Below the pieces are notes generated by a model. The model was not told where the DNA came from and did no database searches. It was given only the letters and a program-made list of their open reading frames with translations. Position numbers and translations under genes: made by a program. Below, piece after piece: positions 1-9,748 of a stretch of 64,000 nucleotides of DNA. Origin of the DNA: an uncultured virus (IMG/VR IMGVR_UViG_3300022853_000017) (taxonomy: Duplodnaviria > Heunggongvirae > Uroviricota > Caudoviricetes); the IMG/VR virus record IMGVR_UViG_3300022853_000017. One strand, 5' to 3'. Numbering within the stretch: position 1 is the first letter of the stretch; the number at the start of each line of letters is the position of its first letter.

Positions 1-613
1 CGGGGTTTCGAACCTTTTTACCTAGTAGACGTTTGACTTCCTTGAATGCGGCCATCTCAATATCATCATCTGGTTTATTGTTATCAACGATAACCATAGT
101 GCCCCTGAACAGGGAATTAAACTTACCGATATTACCCTGTACCTCTTTCCAACTGGTGATTGCAATATCTTCTGGTACAGTGCGTTCACGCTTGAGGTTG
201 CGAGCAAGTGCTACATCAAGTGAGGTATTGACGAATATCATATGGGTGTCGTATCCCAATGATTCAAGTTCTGCCTTCTGTGAGCGAATTTTATCGTATT
301 CCTTACCAGTGCCATCAATGACCAAACCGATACGTCCTTCGATATAGTTTTTCTGTCGAGAAGCAGTGACAACCTTTGCTTTTCCTCTAATAATATCTCT
401 TCGTGGGTCTTCTGACCCCATTTTCATAGAAACACCAGCGTCCTTGAGATACTTCTCAAATACGTCATCAGAGTTTACAACACGCAATCCTGTCCCGCCG
501 GTGGTGGACCGGACAACGTATGATTTACCGCTGCCCGGTCCACCAGCAAGGAAGAATGCTTTAAATATATTGGGGTCTTGTAGACCTTCCTGTAGTTCGT
601 GATATGTCTTCAT
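1..613 (-). CDS. P-loop kinase (zeta-toxin/AAA_33-like), runs off window edge
   Basis: Manual translation from ATG 613: MKTYHELQEGLQDPNIFKAFFLAGGPGSGKS...VNSDD...IDGTG (Walker A GPGSGKS). Not in the ORF track. Confidence 0.8.
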   Translation of the reverse strand, partial: MKTYHELQEGLQDPNIFKAFFLAGGPGSGKSYVVRSTTGGTGLRVVNSDDVFEKYLKDAGVSMKMGSEDPRRDIIRGKAKVVTASRQKNYIEGRIGLVIDGTGKEYDKIRSQKAELESLGYDTHMIFVNTSLDVALARNLKRERTVPEDIAITSWKEVQGNIGKFNSLFRGTMVIVDNNKPDDDIEMAAFKEVKRLLGKKVRNP

Positions 614-749
614 TCTGTGGGTGTCCTTGTTTTCTATATCCTGCCATCTCTATAATGTATTTATCGTTGTCTGAAAGTGGAGTGCAATCAAACGTGCGAT
701 CTTGTGTTTGGAATGTCATCTTCTTAATGCGGTTCTTGGACTTAGCCAT
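561..749 (-). CDS. small hypothetical protein
   Basis: 62-aa ORF with AAGGAA RBS, overlapping the start of the kinase gene. Confidence 0.5.
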   Translation of the reverse strand: MAKSKNRIKKMTFQTQDRTFDCTPLSDNDKYIIEMAGYRKQGHPQNEDISRTTGRSTRPQYI

Positions 750-812
750 TTTTAGTTCCTTTCGCTGGTTATGTTTGGATATAGGGGTGTTAGAAATGGA
801 CTTCTCCTTATG

Positions 813-2117
813 TTATTTGCCCATGGCATCCTTGGTGACGTTCATGGACATTGTGTGTTTTTCGTTAATAATATCAAAATCATGCCGTAAAGACCTGATA
901 AGAAAATTACCATTGTACAACATGTCTTCTGTTTCGTTATTGGTGGTTTTAACCGCAGCAACACTGGGTATTTTAATCTCCACAATATCACCTGCTTTCA
1001 CAACAGTTGTACCTACAACATCAATGTTCAGTTGTAATCCAGACTCTAACATTGCTAGTTGTGAATTTCGTGATTGCATTAAGTTCAACCTGTTTGCGCC
1101 ATATGCATATTGATTAAATTCATCCTCAAAACTCTGATCATTACCAATACCCACGGTAGATTTCAGAAATTGCCTAGAAGGAAAAGATGATACATTCTTC
1201 CCATCAGGGTCATTGTTTGCAAGGGGGTTTGGTCCAAGATGTTGTTCCTTCGAAAAATTATCACTATACTTATATATATGCGTTTCGTAACTTTTGGACA
1301 TGATATCATGGACAATTAATTCAGACGAAAATATGCCTGTGGTGTAATTCCACACAGTATCAGGGGAACTGGTTATCCTGTAATTTTCAATCGCAGACAG
1401 CTCCGCCATGATATCTCTCACACCATCTTTCGTTCTTTTACCTGCCACACTAGATTCGTATGACATGACAGGGAGTTGAGAATACATATTTCCAAGAGTT
1501 CTGAAGTTGAACCCGGAGGTGCTTTCCCAGAAAAAATATGTTGATTGATTGAATTTCTTTGATACAGCATTCTTTGTTGCAATAGCTATAACATCAAGAG
1601 GTTTTATGTTTGGTGCAATTATTTTTTTGTTGTCAGCACTGGGTTCAATGTTCCGCTTCTTATTGCTGTCTAGGTCAGTCTTCAACATTGTTTCAACGAT
1701 GTCTGAGTACGATCCTGTCAAAGTTCTTTTGACTCTGGCTCTTTGGTTGATTACAAATTCTCTTGAGCAGAATGACATAGTTGAAGCCTGAACACCATTA
1801 CCAATATTAACCCTATCATCAATACTCGTAATCATGAATGGGTTTGTTGTGTAGTCAATTGTGTTCTCTCCACCCCGCAAATTTGGTGTTGCAATCTTGA
1901 GCATCAGGTATTCTTGCCCGATAATAGGACCAAAGGATGCTAGGTTGAAAGCATCTTGAATTGTCATGGTTCCTGTTACGGTAAGTTGATTTATTCCCTC
2001 AAATATAGAGAGCCCCATAATAGACGCTGTTAATCCAACCACTTTCCCTGTAGATAATACTAGGTCTGCTTGGATAATGTTAAACTCACCACCACTTCTA
2101 AGTTCTAATTTTGCCAC
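813..2117 (-). CDS. baseplate hub protein (gp27-like)
   Basis: 434 aa; follows gp48-gp53; C-terminal GDIVEIKIP...YNGNFLIRSLRH typical of hub proteins. Confidence 0.65.
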   Translation of the reverse strand: MAKLELRSGGEFNIIQADLVLSTGKVVGLTASIMGLSIFEGINQLTVTGTMTIQDAFNLASFGPIIGQEYLMLKIATPNLRGGENTIDYTTNPFMITSIDDRVNIGNGVQASTMSFCSREFVINQRARVKRTLTGSYSDIVETMLKTDLDSNKKRNIEPSADNKKIIAPNIKPLDVIAIATKNAVSKKFNQSTYFFWESTSGFNFRTLGNMYSQLPVMSYESSVAGKRTKDGVRDIMAELSAIENYRITSSPDTVWNYTTGIFSSELIVHDIMSKSYETHIYKYSDNFSKEQHLGPNPLANNDPDGKNVSSFPSRQFLKSTVGIGNDQSFEDEFNQYAYGANRLNLMQSRNSQLAMLESGLQLNIDVVGTTVVKAGDIVEIKIPSVAAVKTTNNETEDMLYNGNFLIRSLRHDFDIINEKHTMSMNVTKDAMGK

Positions 2118-2121
2118 TCAA

Positions 2122-2664
2122 TCAATCCTCTGTATTAGAAACCAATGCCTCAAATTCCTCAACAAACTGTTCTAGATATTGGGGGTCTAACAGCCGTATT
2201 TTTCTAATTATATCCTGTTTCGATTCTTCGTATTCTCTATTTGTGACCAGTGTTGCATCTGCAATAGTGTTACCATTAGTGTCTTTATTGGTGAGGCCAA
2301 TATTAATCTTTTTTGTGGTGTCACCCGATACCTGATAAATCTCGTAGTGGTGTGTTGCATCCACATTATCATATCTCTCGGCAAGATGTGCAAGGAACTG
2401 GCGAGTGTTCATTGGCCACTGGTGATACCTGTCTGTGATGTTATTGACAATCAGAATGACCCAATGATATTCTGCATCACCATAATATTTGTAAGCAATC
2501 ATCTCTGGCGTTTCACCATTCCTAATGTCATATGTATCATACAAAGATGATACTGATTTTGATTTACCATGAAGAGCCACACGCTTGAGTAAATGGGTGA
2601 CTGTTTTGAATTCTCCATCGCCAACAGAATCATATGCAATAACTGGAAATTGACTAAAATACAT
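2122..2664 (-). CDS. gp53: baseplate wedge subunit gp53
   Basis: MYFSQFP...GETPEMIAYKYYGDAEYHWVIL...WP motif. Confidence 0.9.
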   Translation of the reverse strand: MYFSQFPVIAYDSVGDGEFKTVTHLLKRVALHGKSKSVSSLYDTYDIRNGETPEMIAYKYYGDAEYHWVILIVNNITDRYHQWPMNTRQFLAHLAERYDNVDATHHYEIYQVSGDTTKKINIGLTNKDTNGNTIADATLVTNREYEESKQDIIRKIRLLDPQYLEQFVEEFEALVSNTED

Positions 2665-2665
2665 C

Positions 2666-3790
2666 TTAGTATCCGTTCCTAATATTATCTCTGTCCATGA
2701 TTTCTAGTTCTTGGAAAGCCAGAGTGATGGTTGTTTTCTGGGGTGGCGCACCCTTTTTGTCAGCATTATATGTTACAAATTTATCTCCACCATAAGTAAC
2801 ATCCATTGTTTTTAGATAACATTTACCAATCTTATTGATATATTGATTTTGTCCATTGACATGCATATACTGAATTGAAAATACATCAGGAATTGTCATC
2901 TCTCTTGTACTACCGGCATTCTTAAAACTTGGGGTCATTCCCTCTTTAAATTCTTGTACAATTTTATGCACCGTTTCTGTTTCTGTATGATCTTTGGGAA
3001 TGAATGTGAAAGAAAAGGAAAATGACCTTCTACCAATACCCCTGAACATCATCTCTGTTCTGGGTGTAATAATCGTTCCACTCTCAATTGCAAGCAAATC
3101 TTTTGCGCCGGGAATTGCCTTATCAATCATACCCACTCCCATTTTCACTAGCCCGTCACCTAGAGTGTCAAACCCTTTCTTAAAAGAATCCCCGCTCAAT
3201 GTTCCGTTCTGATAAGCCTTAAACAATCCATAGAGCGCTTCACCCACCACACCAATTTCACCCTCAGAATAATCCATAGCATAGTTTACATTAACTGCTG
3301 GGGGCATGTACAGTCCGATAAAGGTTCCGGTTCTCTGGATATTTCTGCGAGACAACGTGAGTGAATTACTTGCGCCATTCTTACCAGCACCACCAGAACC
3401 GCCAGATTGTGCGTTTAATTGGTCGTGTGCTTTTTGCTGGTTTTCATCCGTTTTGTCCTTGTTCAATGTTTTCTTGCCGGTCACTTTGTCTATATAGAAA
3501 ACATCAGCAACCTTTCCTGCGTGTTGTATTGGTTTTACTTTTGCACCCGATACAGAATGTCGAGCGAAGAGTATATAGCTTGCTTGATGAGCATTAACGC
3601 CAACATCAGAAGGGTATAAGAGAATTGGGTCCGGTTTATTAAAACCAGTTTGTACAGGACTAGATGAAGAACTACTACTTGAACCACCTAATCCTGACCT
3701 AAGACCATCAGCAACAGAAGTAATTACTCTCTGTGCAGCACCTGATGCAGCATTCTTTGCTATGTTTACGAAAGCGTCTCTTAATGCCAT
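2666..3790 (-). CDS. gp48: baseplate tail-tube cap gp48
   Basis: LYMPP, PRTEMMFRGIGRRSFSFSFTFIPK, LAFQELE motifs. Confidence 0.85.
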   Translation of the reverse strand: MALRDAFVNIAKNAASGAAQRVITSVADGLRSGLGGSSSSSSSSPVQTGFNKPDPILLYPSDVGVNAHQASYILFARHSVSGAKVKPIQHAGKVADVFYIDKVTGKKTLNKDKTDENQQKAHDQLNAQSGGSGGAGKNGASNSLTLSRRNIQRTGTFIGLYMPPAVNVNYAMDYSEGEIGVVGEALYGLFKAYQNGTLSGDSFKKGFDTLGDGLVKMGVGMIDKAIPGAKDLLAIESGTIITPRTEMMFRGIGRRSFSFSFTFIPKDHTETETVHKIVQEFKEGMTPSFKNAGSTREMTIPDVFSIQYMHVNGQNQYINKIGKCYLKTMDVTYGGDKFVTYNADKKGAPPQKTTITLAFQELEIMDRDNIRNGY

Positions 3791-3820
3791 GTCTAAATAT
3801 CCTTATACACTTTATGAAAC

Positions 3821-3828
3821 TATTTATA
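3821..3828 (-). promoter_or_regulatory. T4-type late promoter TATAAATA
   Basis: Exact consensus upstream of gp48. Other exact copies: 4268-4275(+), and on minus 13792-13799, 13894-13901, 15563-15570, 16867-16874, 36829-36836, 40053-40060, 43176-43183, 48372-48379, 49423-49430, 52222-52229, 57461-57468. Confidence 0.75.
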
Positions 3829-3832
3829 ACAC

Positions 3833-4276
3833 ATGTCATACAAAGGTCGATACATACCAACCAAGCCCAAAAAATATAAGGGCAATCCACAGAACATAGT
3901 TTATCGTTCTCTCTGGGAACGTAAATTTATGGTATACTGTGACAACAGCACATCCATAATTGAATGGGGCAGTGAAGAGATCATTATACCCTATTTATCA
4001 CCCAAGGATGGACGTATGCACAAATACTTCCCAGATTTTTATATCAAAGTCAAACAGGCTAATGGTCAGATTAAGAAGATGATAATTGAGGTTAAACCCA
4101 AGGTGCAGTGCAAACCACCCAAGGAACCCAAGAGGCGCACCAGACGATGGATGAATGAGGTCATGACCTATGGTGTGAATGATGCTAAGTGGCGATCTGC
4201 TACAGAATGGTGTGCAGATAATGGTATGGAGTTCAAGATTTTAACTGAAGATCATCTTGGGATTTCGTATAAATAG
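3833..4276 (+). CDS. gp4: head completion nuclease gp4
   Basis: YKG...YRSLWERKFMVYCD...WGSEE...YFPDF...IEVKP. Confidence 0.92.
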   Translation: MSYKGRYIPTKPKKYKGNPQNIVYRSLWERKFMVYCDNSTSIIEWGSEEIIIPYLSPKDGRMHKYFPDFYIKVKQANGQIKKMIIEVKPKVQCKPPKEPKRRTRRWMNEVMTYGVNDAKWRSATEWCADNGMEFKILTEDHLGISYK

Positions 4277-4280
4277 ATAT

Positions 4281-4844
4281 ATGGCAAGAGCACCCAGCAA
4301 ATATATGCAATCAGTTAAGGATGAGGCAAAAGGTCGCCCCAAATCTACTGCATGGTATAGAGAGAAAATTAAAGAGTTTGGTACACCAACCACACTTGAC
4401 CTCATACGAGATGGTAAGAGGAGCAATCAACCATTCTATGGTAGGCTTAACATGTTCATGTATGATCCTAAGTTCAAGAAGACCCTACCATACTATGATA
4501 CGTTTCCGTTGGTATTACCCATAGAGAAGTATTCAGATGGATTTCTGGGGATCAACTTGCATTATCTACCCATTCCTCTAAGAATTAAGTTGCTTGATCG
4601 TTTGGTGGATTTCTCTAATAATACCGCATTTGATGAGTCAACAAAACTTATCGTTGATTACCAGAAACTAAAGAATGTGAGACTTATCAGGCCAACCATA
4701 CACAAATACCTAGCAGGACAGACCAAATCACAGTTTCGTAGAATTGATGCAGACGAATTTACAATTGCGACTCTCCTACCTGTACAGAGGTTTAAGAAAG
4801 CAGATTCTTCTGAGGTATGGAAAGATTCGAGGGCAATGATCTAA
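4281..4844 (+). CDS. gp2: DNA end protector protein gp2
   Basis: YDPKFKKTLPYYDTFPLV...GINLHYLP; ATG 4281 lies just after a late promoter. Confidence 0.9.
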   Translation: MARAPSKYMQSVKDEAKGRPKSTAWYREKIKEFGTPTTLDLIRDGKRSNQPFYGRLNMFMYDPKFKKTLPYYDTFPLVLPIEKYSDGFLGINLHYLPIPLRIKLLDRLVDFSNNTAFDESTKLIVDYQKLKNVRLIRPTIHKYLAGQTKSQFRRIDADEFTIATLLPVQRFKKADSSEVWKDSRAMI

Positions 4845-5509
4845 TGGCAACACTAGCAAATTTTGTAGAATCAACCGCATTTGGTGTATTAAATGATTTC
4901 TTGTCAGAGTTTCATAGTGACAATGGATATGCACTCCCAAGTCGTTACGAGGTTATTATCACATCCCCGGCAGAGGGGGATGCAAGGAAAGTTTCTATGC
5001 GATGTGAAGCCCTTGACTTACCCGGCAGGTCACTTAATACATCACCAGATTCTAACATGTATGGTATTGCACCAGAAATTGTTGATGGTATCACGTTTGG
5101 TGGTACACTAGCTATGACCTTTCAATCAAGTAGTGACCTAGAAGAAAGAGTATTCTTTGAACACTGGCAAGAGATGGCTTGGGACAAGGGAACGTGGAAT
5201 GTCAAGTATTATAGGGATTACATTAAAGAAATTGAAATCTATGTTCTTGATGTAAATAACCAAAGACGTTATGGAATTAAACTATTTGAGTGTTTTCCAA
5301 AAGATATTGGTCCAAGTCCTTTAAGTTATACTCAAGCAACAGATATCATAAAGATACCTGTCACTATGGCATATAAGTATTGGGAGACTCTTGATATTAC
5401 TAACCAACCACCCAATCTTATGGAAAAGGTTCTTGATACAGTAATCACTGGTGCAGAACGAACGATTAATGCGAACATACCGAAGGTGTTGAGCAGACTT
5501 GGAAACTAA
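4844..5509 (+). CDS. tail-tube-like baseplate protein (gp54/gp19 family)
   Basis: SRYEV...LPGRSL...FFEHWQ...YYRDY...ECFPKDIG; position between gp2 and gp26. Confidence 0.75.
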   Translation: MATLANFVESTAFGVLNDFLSEFHSDNGYALPSRYEVIITSPAEGDARKVSMRCEALDLPGRSLNTSPDSNMYGIAPEIVDGITFGGTLAMTFQSSSDLEERVFFEHWQEMAWDKGTWNVKYYRDYIKEIEIYVLDVNNQRRYGIKLFECFPKDIGPSPLSYTQATDIIKIPVTMAYKYWETLDITNQPPNLMEKVLDTVITGAERTINANIPKVLSRLGN

Positions 5510-5531
5510 TTATGATAAAGGATGATAAATT

Positions 5532-6245
5532 ATGGCATTACCTAAACTACAAACTTCTGAATACACACTAACACTACCATCAACACAGGAGGAAATTAAA
5601 TTCAGGCCATTCTTGGTCAAAGAGCAAAAGATTTTGATGATTGCCCAAGAATCCGGGGATGAAAAACAAATTGCCGATGCTATGGGGGCGTTGGTATCAA
5701 ATTGCACCTTTGGTATTTTGGATGCTAATATTGCTCCAATGTTTGATATTGAATATGTGTTTTTACAATTACGGGCGAAATCTGCTGGTGCTAAAGTAAA
5801 AATTACTGTTACATGTCCAGATGATGAAGAAACTATTGTTCTGGTTGAAATTGACTTAGAGAAAATTGGTGTACAACTGAGTGTAGAACACTCACAGGAA
5901 ATTACCATCACAGAAGATATCAGACTAAAATTAAGATATCCAATATTGAAAGACCTTCAGGGATTATATTTGTATGATGATTTGGGTGATTTCGAAAAGT
6001 CAATGGCAATGATCAATAAATGTGTTGAAAGTGTTATTAATGGGGATGAAACAATCCATAGAATTGATATGACAGAGGATGAAATTACAGAATTTATTGA
6101 TTCGTTTAACACAGAGCAGTTAGAGAGTGTGATGAAGTTTTTTGAAACAATGCCGAAATTACGACACGTTATTGATGTTACCAATCCGAAGACAAAGATA
6201 AAGAGTGAAGTATTATTGGAGGGGCTTGAAAGTTTTTTAGGATAG
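5532..6245 (+). CDS. gp26: baseplate hub assembly protein gp26
   Basis: MALPKL...FRPFLVKEQKIL...FDIEYVFLQLRAKS...FFETMPKL. Confidence 0.9.
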   Translation: MALPKLQTSEYTLTLPSTQEEIKFRPFLVKEQKILMIAQESGDEKQIADAMGALVSNCTFGILDANIAPMFDIEYVFLQLRAKSAGAKVKITVTCPDDEETIVLVEIDLEKIGVQLSVEHSQEITITEDIRLKLRYPILKDLQGLYLYDDLGDFEKSMAMINKCVESVINGDETIHRIDMTEDEITEFIDSFNTEQLESVMKFFETMPKLRHVIDVTNPKTKIKSEVLLEGLESFLG

Positions 6246-6433
6246 GGCTGTCTCATGACTCTGTGGAGAATTATTATAGACAAAATTTTGCAATGATACA
6301 GCATCATAATTGGAGTTTAACTGAATTAGAGAATATGGTGCCGTGGGAAAGAGAAATATATTCTGGTTTATTGATAAAACATTTAGAGGATGAGAAAGCG
6401 GAGTATGACAAACAAGCAAGAAAAAACAAATAA
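6233..6433 (+). CDS. gp51: baseplate hub assembly catalyst gp51 (in -1 frame of gp26; in-frame ATG at 6293)
   Basis: Manual translation: ...SHDSVENYYRQNFAMIQHHNWSLTELENMVPWEREIY...; TAA 6431-6433. Confidence 0.85.
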   Translation, partial: FFRIGLSHDSVENYYRQNFAMIQHHNWSLTELENMVPWEREIYSGLLIKHLEDEKAEYDKQARKNK

Positions 6434-6447
6434 TCGGAGTTAATCAA

Positions 6448-6783
6448 ATGACGCAGAAAAAGCTACAAAAAGATAGTGAATTTGATAAATTTGATATTGA
6501 TGGTGATGGAATTGTTAGTGATGAGGAGTTGGCTATGGAAGAGAGAATGATACGACTTGAGAATGAAGACAAGAAAGAGGATGCCCAACGCAAGATGGCG
6601 TGGTTTGCTCTTAGCGGTATGCTATTGTATCCTGTATGTGTTGTTGTGTCGGTTGTGTTTGGTATTGAGGTAGCAGCAAAGATACTTGGTGACATGGCAG
6701 GAGTATACTTCATTGCTGTTGCTGGTATCATTGCAGCTTTCTTTGGCGCTCAAGCGTTTGCAAACAAAGAACCTAAGAAATAA
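6448..6783 (+). CDS. small membrane protein with N-terminal EF-hand-like loop
   Basis: DIDGDGIVSDEE followed by two hydrophobic helices. Confidence 0.7.
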   Translation: MTQKKLQKDSEFDKFDIDGDGIVSDEELAMEERMIRLENEDKKEDAQRKMAWFALSGMLLYPVCVVVSVVFGIEVAAKILGDMAGVYFIAVAGIIAAFFGAQAFANKEPKK

Positions 6784-6795
6784 GGAACCTGAGTT

Positions 6796-8787
6796 ATGGC
6801 TGATCTGAAAACTGTTGCTAATCTGTTAGTTGAAACCAATAAAAAATTGGAGCAGCTTGCTAAAGATAATGCAAAAAGTGGCACTGCTACTTCTATAATA
6901 GCACAAAATTTGCCTGAAATATTGAGTGCTAGAGCCCTTGCTACTCGCCAAGAAAAGTATGATAAGAGAGAGGGCGTAACTGAAGTTGATGAAGCGGTAG
7001 CAAAAAATACTAAAGATATTGTAAGTGAGTTAAAGTCCGGCAATAATTCTGTTAATAATTCTGTTCAACAGACCGTCCTCGCTATCACGGGTCAGAGCAA
7101 ACAGAACTCCCAAGATAATAAATTCAATTTTAAGACACTAAACTCTCTTGCTAACTTTGCCAGTTTGAATCAAAAGTCGGGAAAAGAACAGGGGGACATC
7201 TTCTTTGGTTTGAAGAGAGGTCTAGAGGGTTTTTATGAAAATATAACCTTTCAGAAAGGTCAAAAAACCGGAGTGAAAATGTCTGCGAGACATGCAATAA
7301 AGGATCGGCCAGAAGAAATAAAAAAATCTGATGAAGCTCTGGCATCCATGAAAAAGTCACTCGAAACGCTTGGTTTAGTTGCAACAGACAATAAAAAATA
7401 TAATAAACTACAGTATGAAGCCGATAAAGCGGACCTTAAATTTAGAATCAAGACCGCAACTAGTCCTGCCAAGAAAAAAGAACTACGAGAAGACCTACTG
7501 AAACTAAACGCAGAACAGGGTTCTAAACTAGCAAAGTTGGGTGCTGGCATTGGTGAATTGGTTTCAATGGGCAAGAAAACCATAAGTTTAGGACTAAAGG
7601 CATTTTTCACCACTATTGGAATTGGTGCGTTATTGATTGCTCTTGGTACATTTTTTCAAAGCGAAACATTTGCAGAAATGACAAAGGGCGTAGATAAGCT
7701 TATTGCGTTGTTTAGTGGTAAGGATAAAGAAGGAAATCCAGTAAGTCTTTTTGATCGAATTGCCGGTATATTTAGTGCTGATGGTTTGCTCGTATTAGGA
7801 ATTGCTGCGCTGACCGTTGGTTGGGTGGGAAAAAAAGCAATCGATCTGTTATTGTTGCCCCTAACACTAGGTTTCAAGGTAATCAGGGGGGTATTTCGTG
7901 GAATAGGAAAGGCATTAGAGGCGTTAGGACTTAAAAATAAACCAAAGGTTGTGGGAGCCCTGCCGCCACTAGTGGGCGGATCAGTTCCACCCAAAGCTGG
8001 CAGTGTTGTAACTTCACCAAAAGGTAGTAAAGTTTATGCCGGGGTTGATGGTAAAGCCACTACAACAAAGGTGGGGGATTTAACGGGCAGAGCCAAAATA
8101 ATGGCAGCTGCTAAGGCCAATTCTGGGGGTGGTTTAGGTCATCTAAAAAAATATCCCAGATTGTTAATGGCTGCAAAGAGAATTCCCCTACTTGGCCCTA
8201 TCCTTAGTAGTGCGATGGTGGCATCACTATTATTGAGTGACGCATCTAAGGAAAATAAAATCAAAGGTGTTGGTGGTTTAATCGGTGGTGGTTTGGGGGC
8301 AGCCGGTTTCGGTATTGTCGGCGGAGCATTGGGTGCATTGTTCACTGGGCCGGGGGCAATTGTCGCAGCGCCTTTGGGCGCACTTATTGGTGCGGGGGTT
8401 GGTTTCTTTGGTGGAGATTGGGCAGGACAAAAACTTGCTGGATTCTTAATGGGAGAAGAATCAAGCCCAGAAAACGATATTAAAAAATTAACATCTGCTG
8501 GCGGATCAAATGCTGGTGGATCACCTACTAAACCAGTTGGACCCAATATAGGGGGATATGGACCCAAAGGCGAGTTCGGCGATAGTCAACCAGACCTAAA
8601 TCGATTTGAGCAAGAACGAATGGGGAGAGGTACTGATGGCGGTGCATCTGGAGCTACTACTTTTGTTGATGCAAGCGTAAAATCAAGTGTCCAGCACCAA
8701 AATCTGGGGATGGGCGGTGGTGGTCCAATCATCCCCAATAAGTTTGGTGGATTAAACGCAGCGGCCGCCATCTTTGTCGGGTCTTAA
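6796..8787 (+). CDS. tape-measure-like / gp29-like baseplate protein
   Basis: 663 aa; helical N-terminus, hydrophobic and Gly-rich segments; downstream of gp26/gp51. Confidence 0.6.
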   Translation: MADLKTVANLLVETNKKLEQLAKDNAKSGTATSIIAQNLPEILSARALATRQEKYDKREGVTEVDEAVAKNTKDIVSELKSGNNSVNNSVQQTVLAITGQSKQNSQDNKFNFKTLNSLANFASLNQKSGKEQGDIFFGLKRGLEGFYENITFQKGQKTGVKMSARHAIKDRPEEIKKSDEALASMKKSLETLGLVATDNKKYNKLQYEADKADLKFRIKTATSPAKKKELREDLLKLNAEQGSKLAKLGAGIGELVSMGKKTISLGLKAFFTTIGIGALLIALGTFFQSETFAEMTKGVDKLIALFSGKDKEGNPVSLFDRIAGIFSADGLLVLGIAALTVGWVGKKAIDLLLLPLTLGFKVIRGVFRGIGKALEALGLKNKPKVVGALPPLVGGSVPPKAGSVVTSPKGSKVYAGVDGKATTTKVGDLTGRAKIMAAAKANSGGGLGHLKKYPRLLMAAKRIPLLGPILSSAMVASLLLSDASKENKIKGVGGLIGGGLGAAGFGIVGGALGALFTGPGAIVAAPLGALIGAGVGFFGGDWAGQKLAGFLMGEESSPENDIKKLTSAGGSNAGGSPTKPVGPNIGGYGPKGEFGDSQPDLNRFEQERMGRGTDGGASGATTFVDASVKSSVQHQNLGMGGGGPIIPNKFGGLNAAAAIFVGS

Positions 8788-8789
8788 TT

Positions 8790-8819
8790 AAAAAAAGGGG
8801 GAACCCAAAAGTTCCCCCT
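8790..8819 (-). terminator. intrinsic terminator between convergent genes
   Basis: 9-bp stem AGGGGGAAC/GTTCCCCCT, 6-nt loop, U-tract on the minus strand. Confidence 0.85.
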
Positions 8820-8827
8820 CTCCTTAC

Positions 8828-9712
8828 TTACTCTTTTGCCAACTTTTCAAAGTAGGACATAGTGTCCTCATCATCATCATTATCAACAGTAGGCGCTGGA
8901 GTAGGTTTCGTATCCACCTTTGGTTCAACCCAAGGAGCATCTTCCATAACTTCAGCAGCTTTACCTACCTTAACAGTTCCTATTAGAACCATATCCATAC
9001 GCTTCTTCAGTTCATCATAGGACTTGAAGTTAGTTTCAGCAGTAAACTCTGATAGGGGATACTGCTTCTTCCACACTTCTTCCAACTTATCATCATCATC
9101 AAACAAAGGAGATGGCGCTGAGAACTCTGACTTATCATAGTTCCAGTAACCTTCTACCATACGAAGCTTCAACTTGAAGTTCGCACCTGCCCAGAAGTCA
9201 AAAGGATTAATTGGAGTTTCATCCTTAAACGCAGGCTGCATTGCTTCCATGCACTTGTCAAAGATTTTCTTACCAAACTTGTAGAGCATCACCTTACCCT
9301 CATTCTGAGGATTAGCAGAATCTTCAACAACATAGATGTTTGCAAAATACTGCAACTTACGCTTCTGCTTACGAGCAATCTCCTTATCAGACTCAACACC
9401 TGAGTTCCAATATGCAGAGTTCATCTCAGATACAGGGTCATTCTGACCAACGGTAGTGAGAGAGTTCTCAATATACCACTGTCCAGTTGGACCTTGGAAA
9501 GCATGGTTCCACACCTTTGCCCAAGGCATATCCTCACCCTCTACTGCGGGAAGGAAACGAATAACGGCATAACCATTACCGCTCTTATCCATGACAGGCT
9601 TCCAGAGACGATCATCCACATAGGACTTCTTCTCTCCCCCACCACTATCTGATTGAACTGCACCAAGCAGTTTGTCCAAAGAATTAGACTTCTTTAGTGT
9701 ACTTAACGACAT
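8828..9712 (-). CDS. gp32: single-stranded DNA-binding protein gp32
   Basis: DDRLWKP..DKSGNGYAVIRFLP...HAFQGP.GQWYIENSLTT; acidic tail SYFEKLAKE. Confidence 0.97.
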   Translation of the reverse strand: MSLSTLKKSNSLDKLLGAVQSDSGGGEKKSYVDDRLWKPVMDKSGNGYAVIRFLPAVEGEDMPWAKVWNHAFQGPTGQWYIENSLTTVGQNDPVSEMNSAYWNSGVESDKEIARKQKRKLQYFANIYVVEDSANPQNEGKVMLYKFGKKIFDKCMEAMQPAFKDETPINPFDFWAGANFKLKLRMVEGYWNYDKSEFSAPSPLFDDDDKLEEVWKKQYPLSEFTAETNFKSYDELKKRMDMVLIGTVKVGKAAEVMEDAPWVEPKVDTKPTPAPTVDNDDDEDTMSYFEKLAKE

Positions 9713-9748
9713 ATGTATTCTCCTTATGTAATATATGTTTTCGTATGT

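Noticed and set aside
33..1113. Plus-strand ORFs 33-347, 366-602, 604-1113 and the many other antisense ORFs in the track
   Set aside because: They are shadows opposite well-supported genes, with no motifs or RBS.
3833..8787. Invertible or foreign island (only plus-strand block)
   Set aside because: Contains core T4-like gp4/gp2/gp26/gp51 genes in their usual opposite orientation; no flanking inverted repeats or recombinase.
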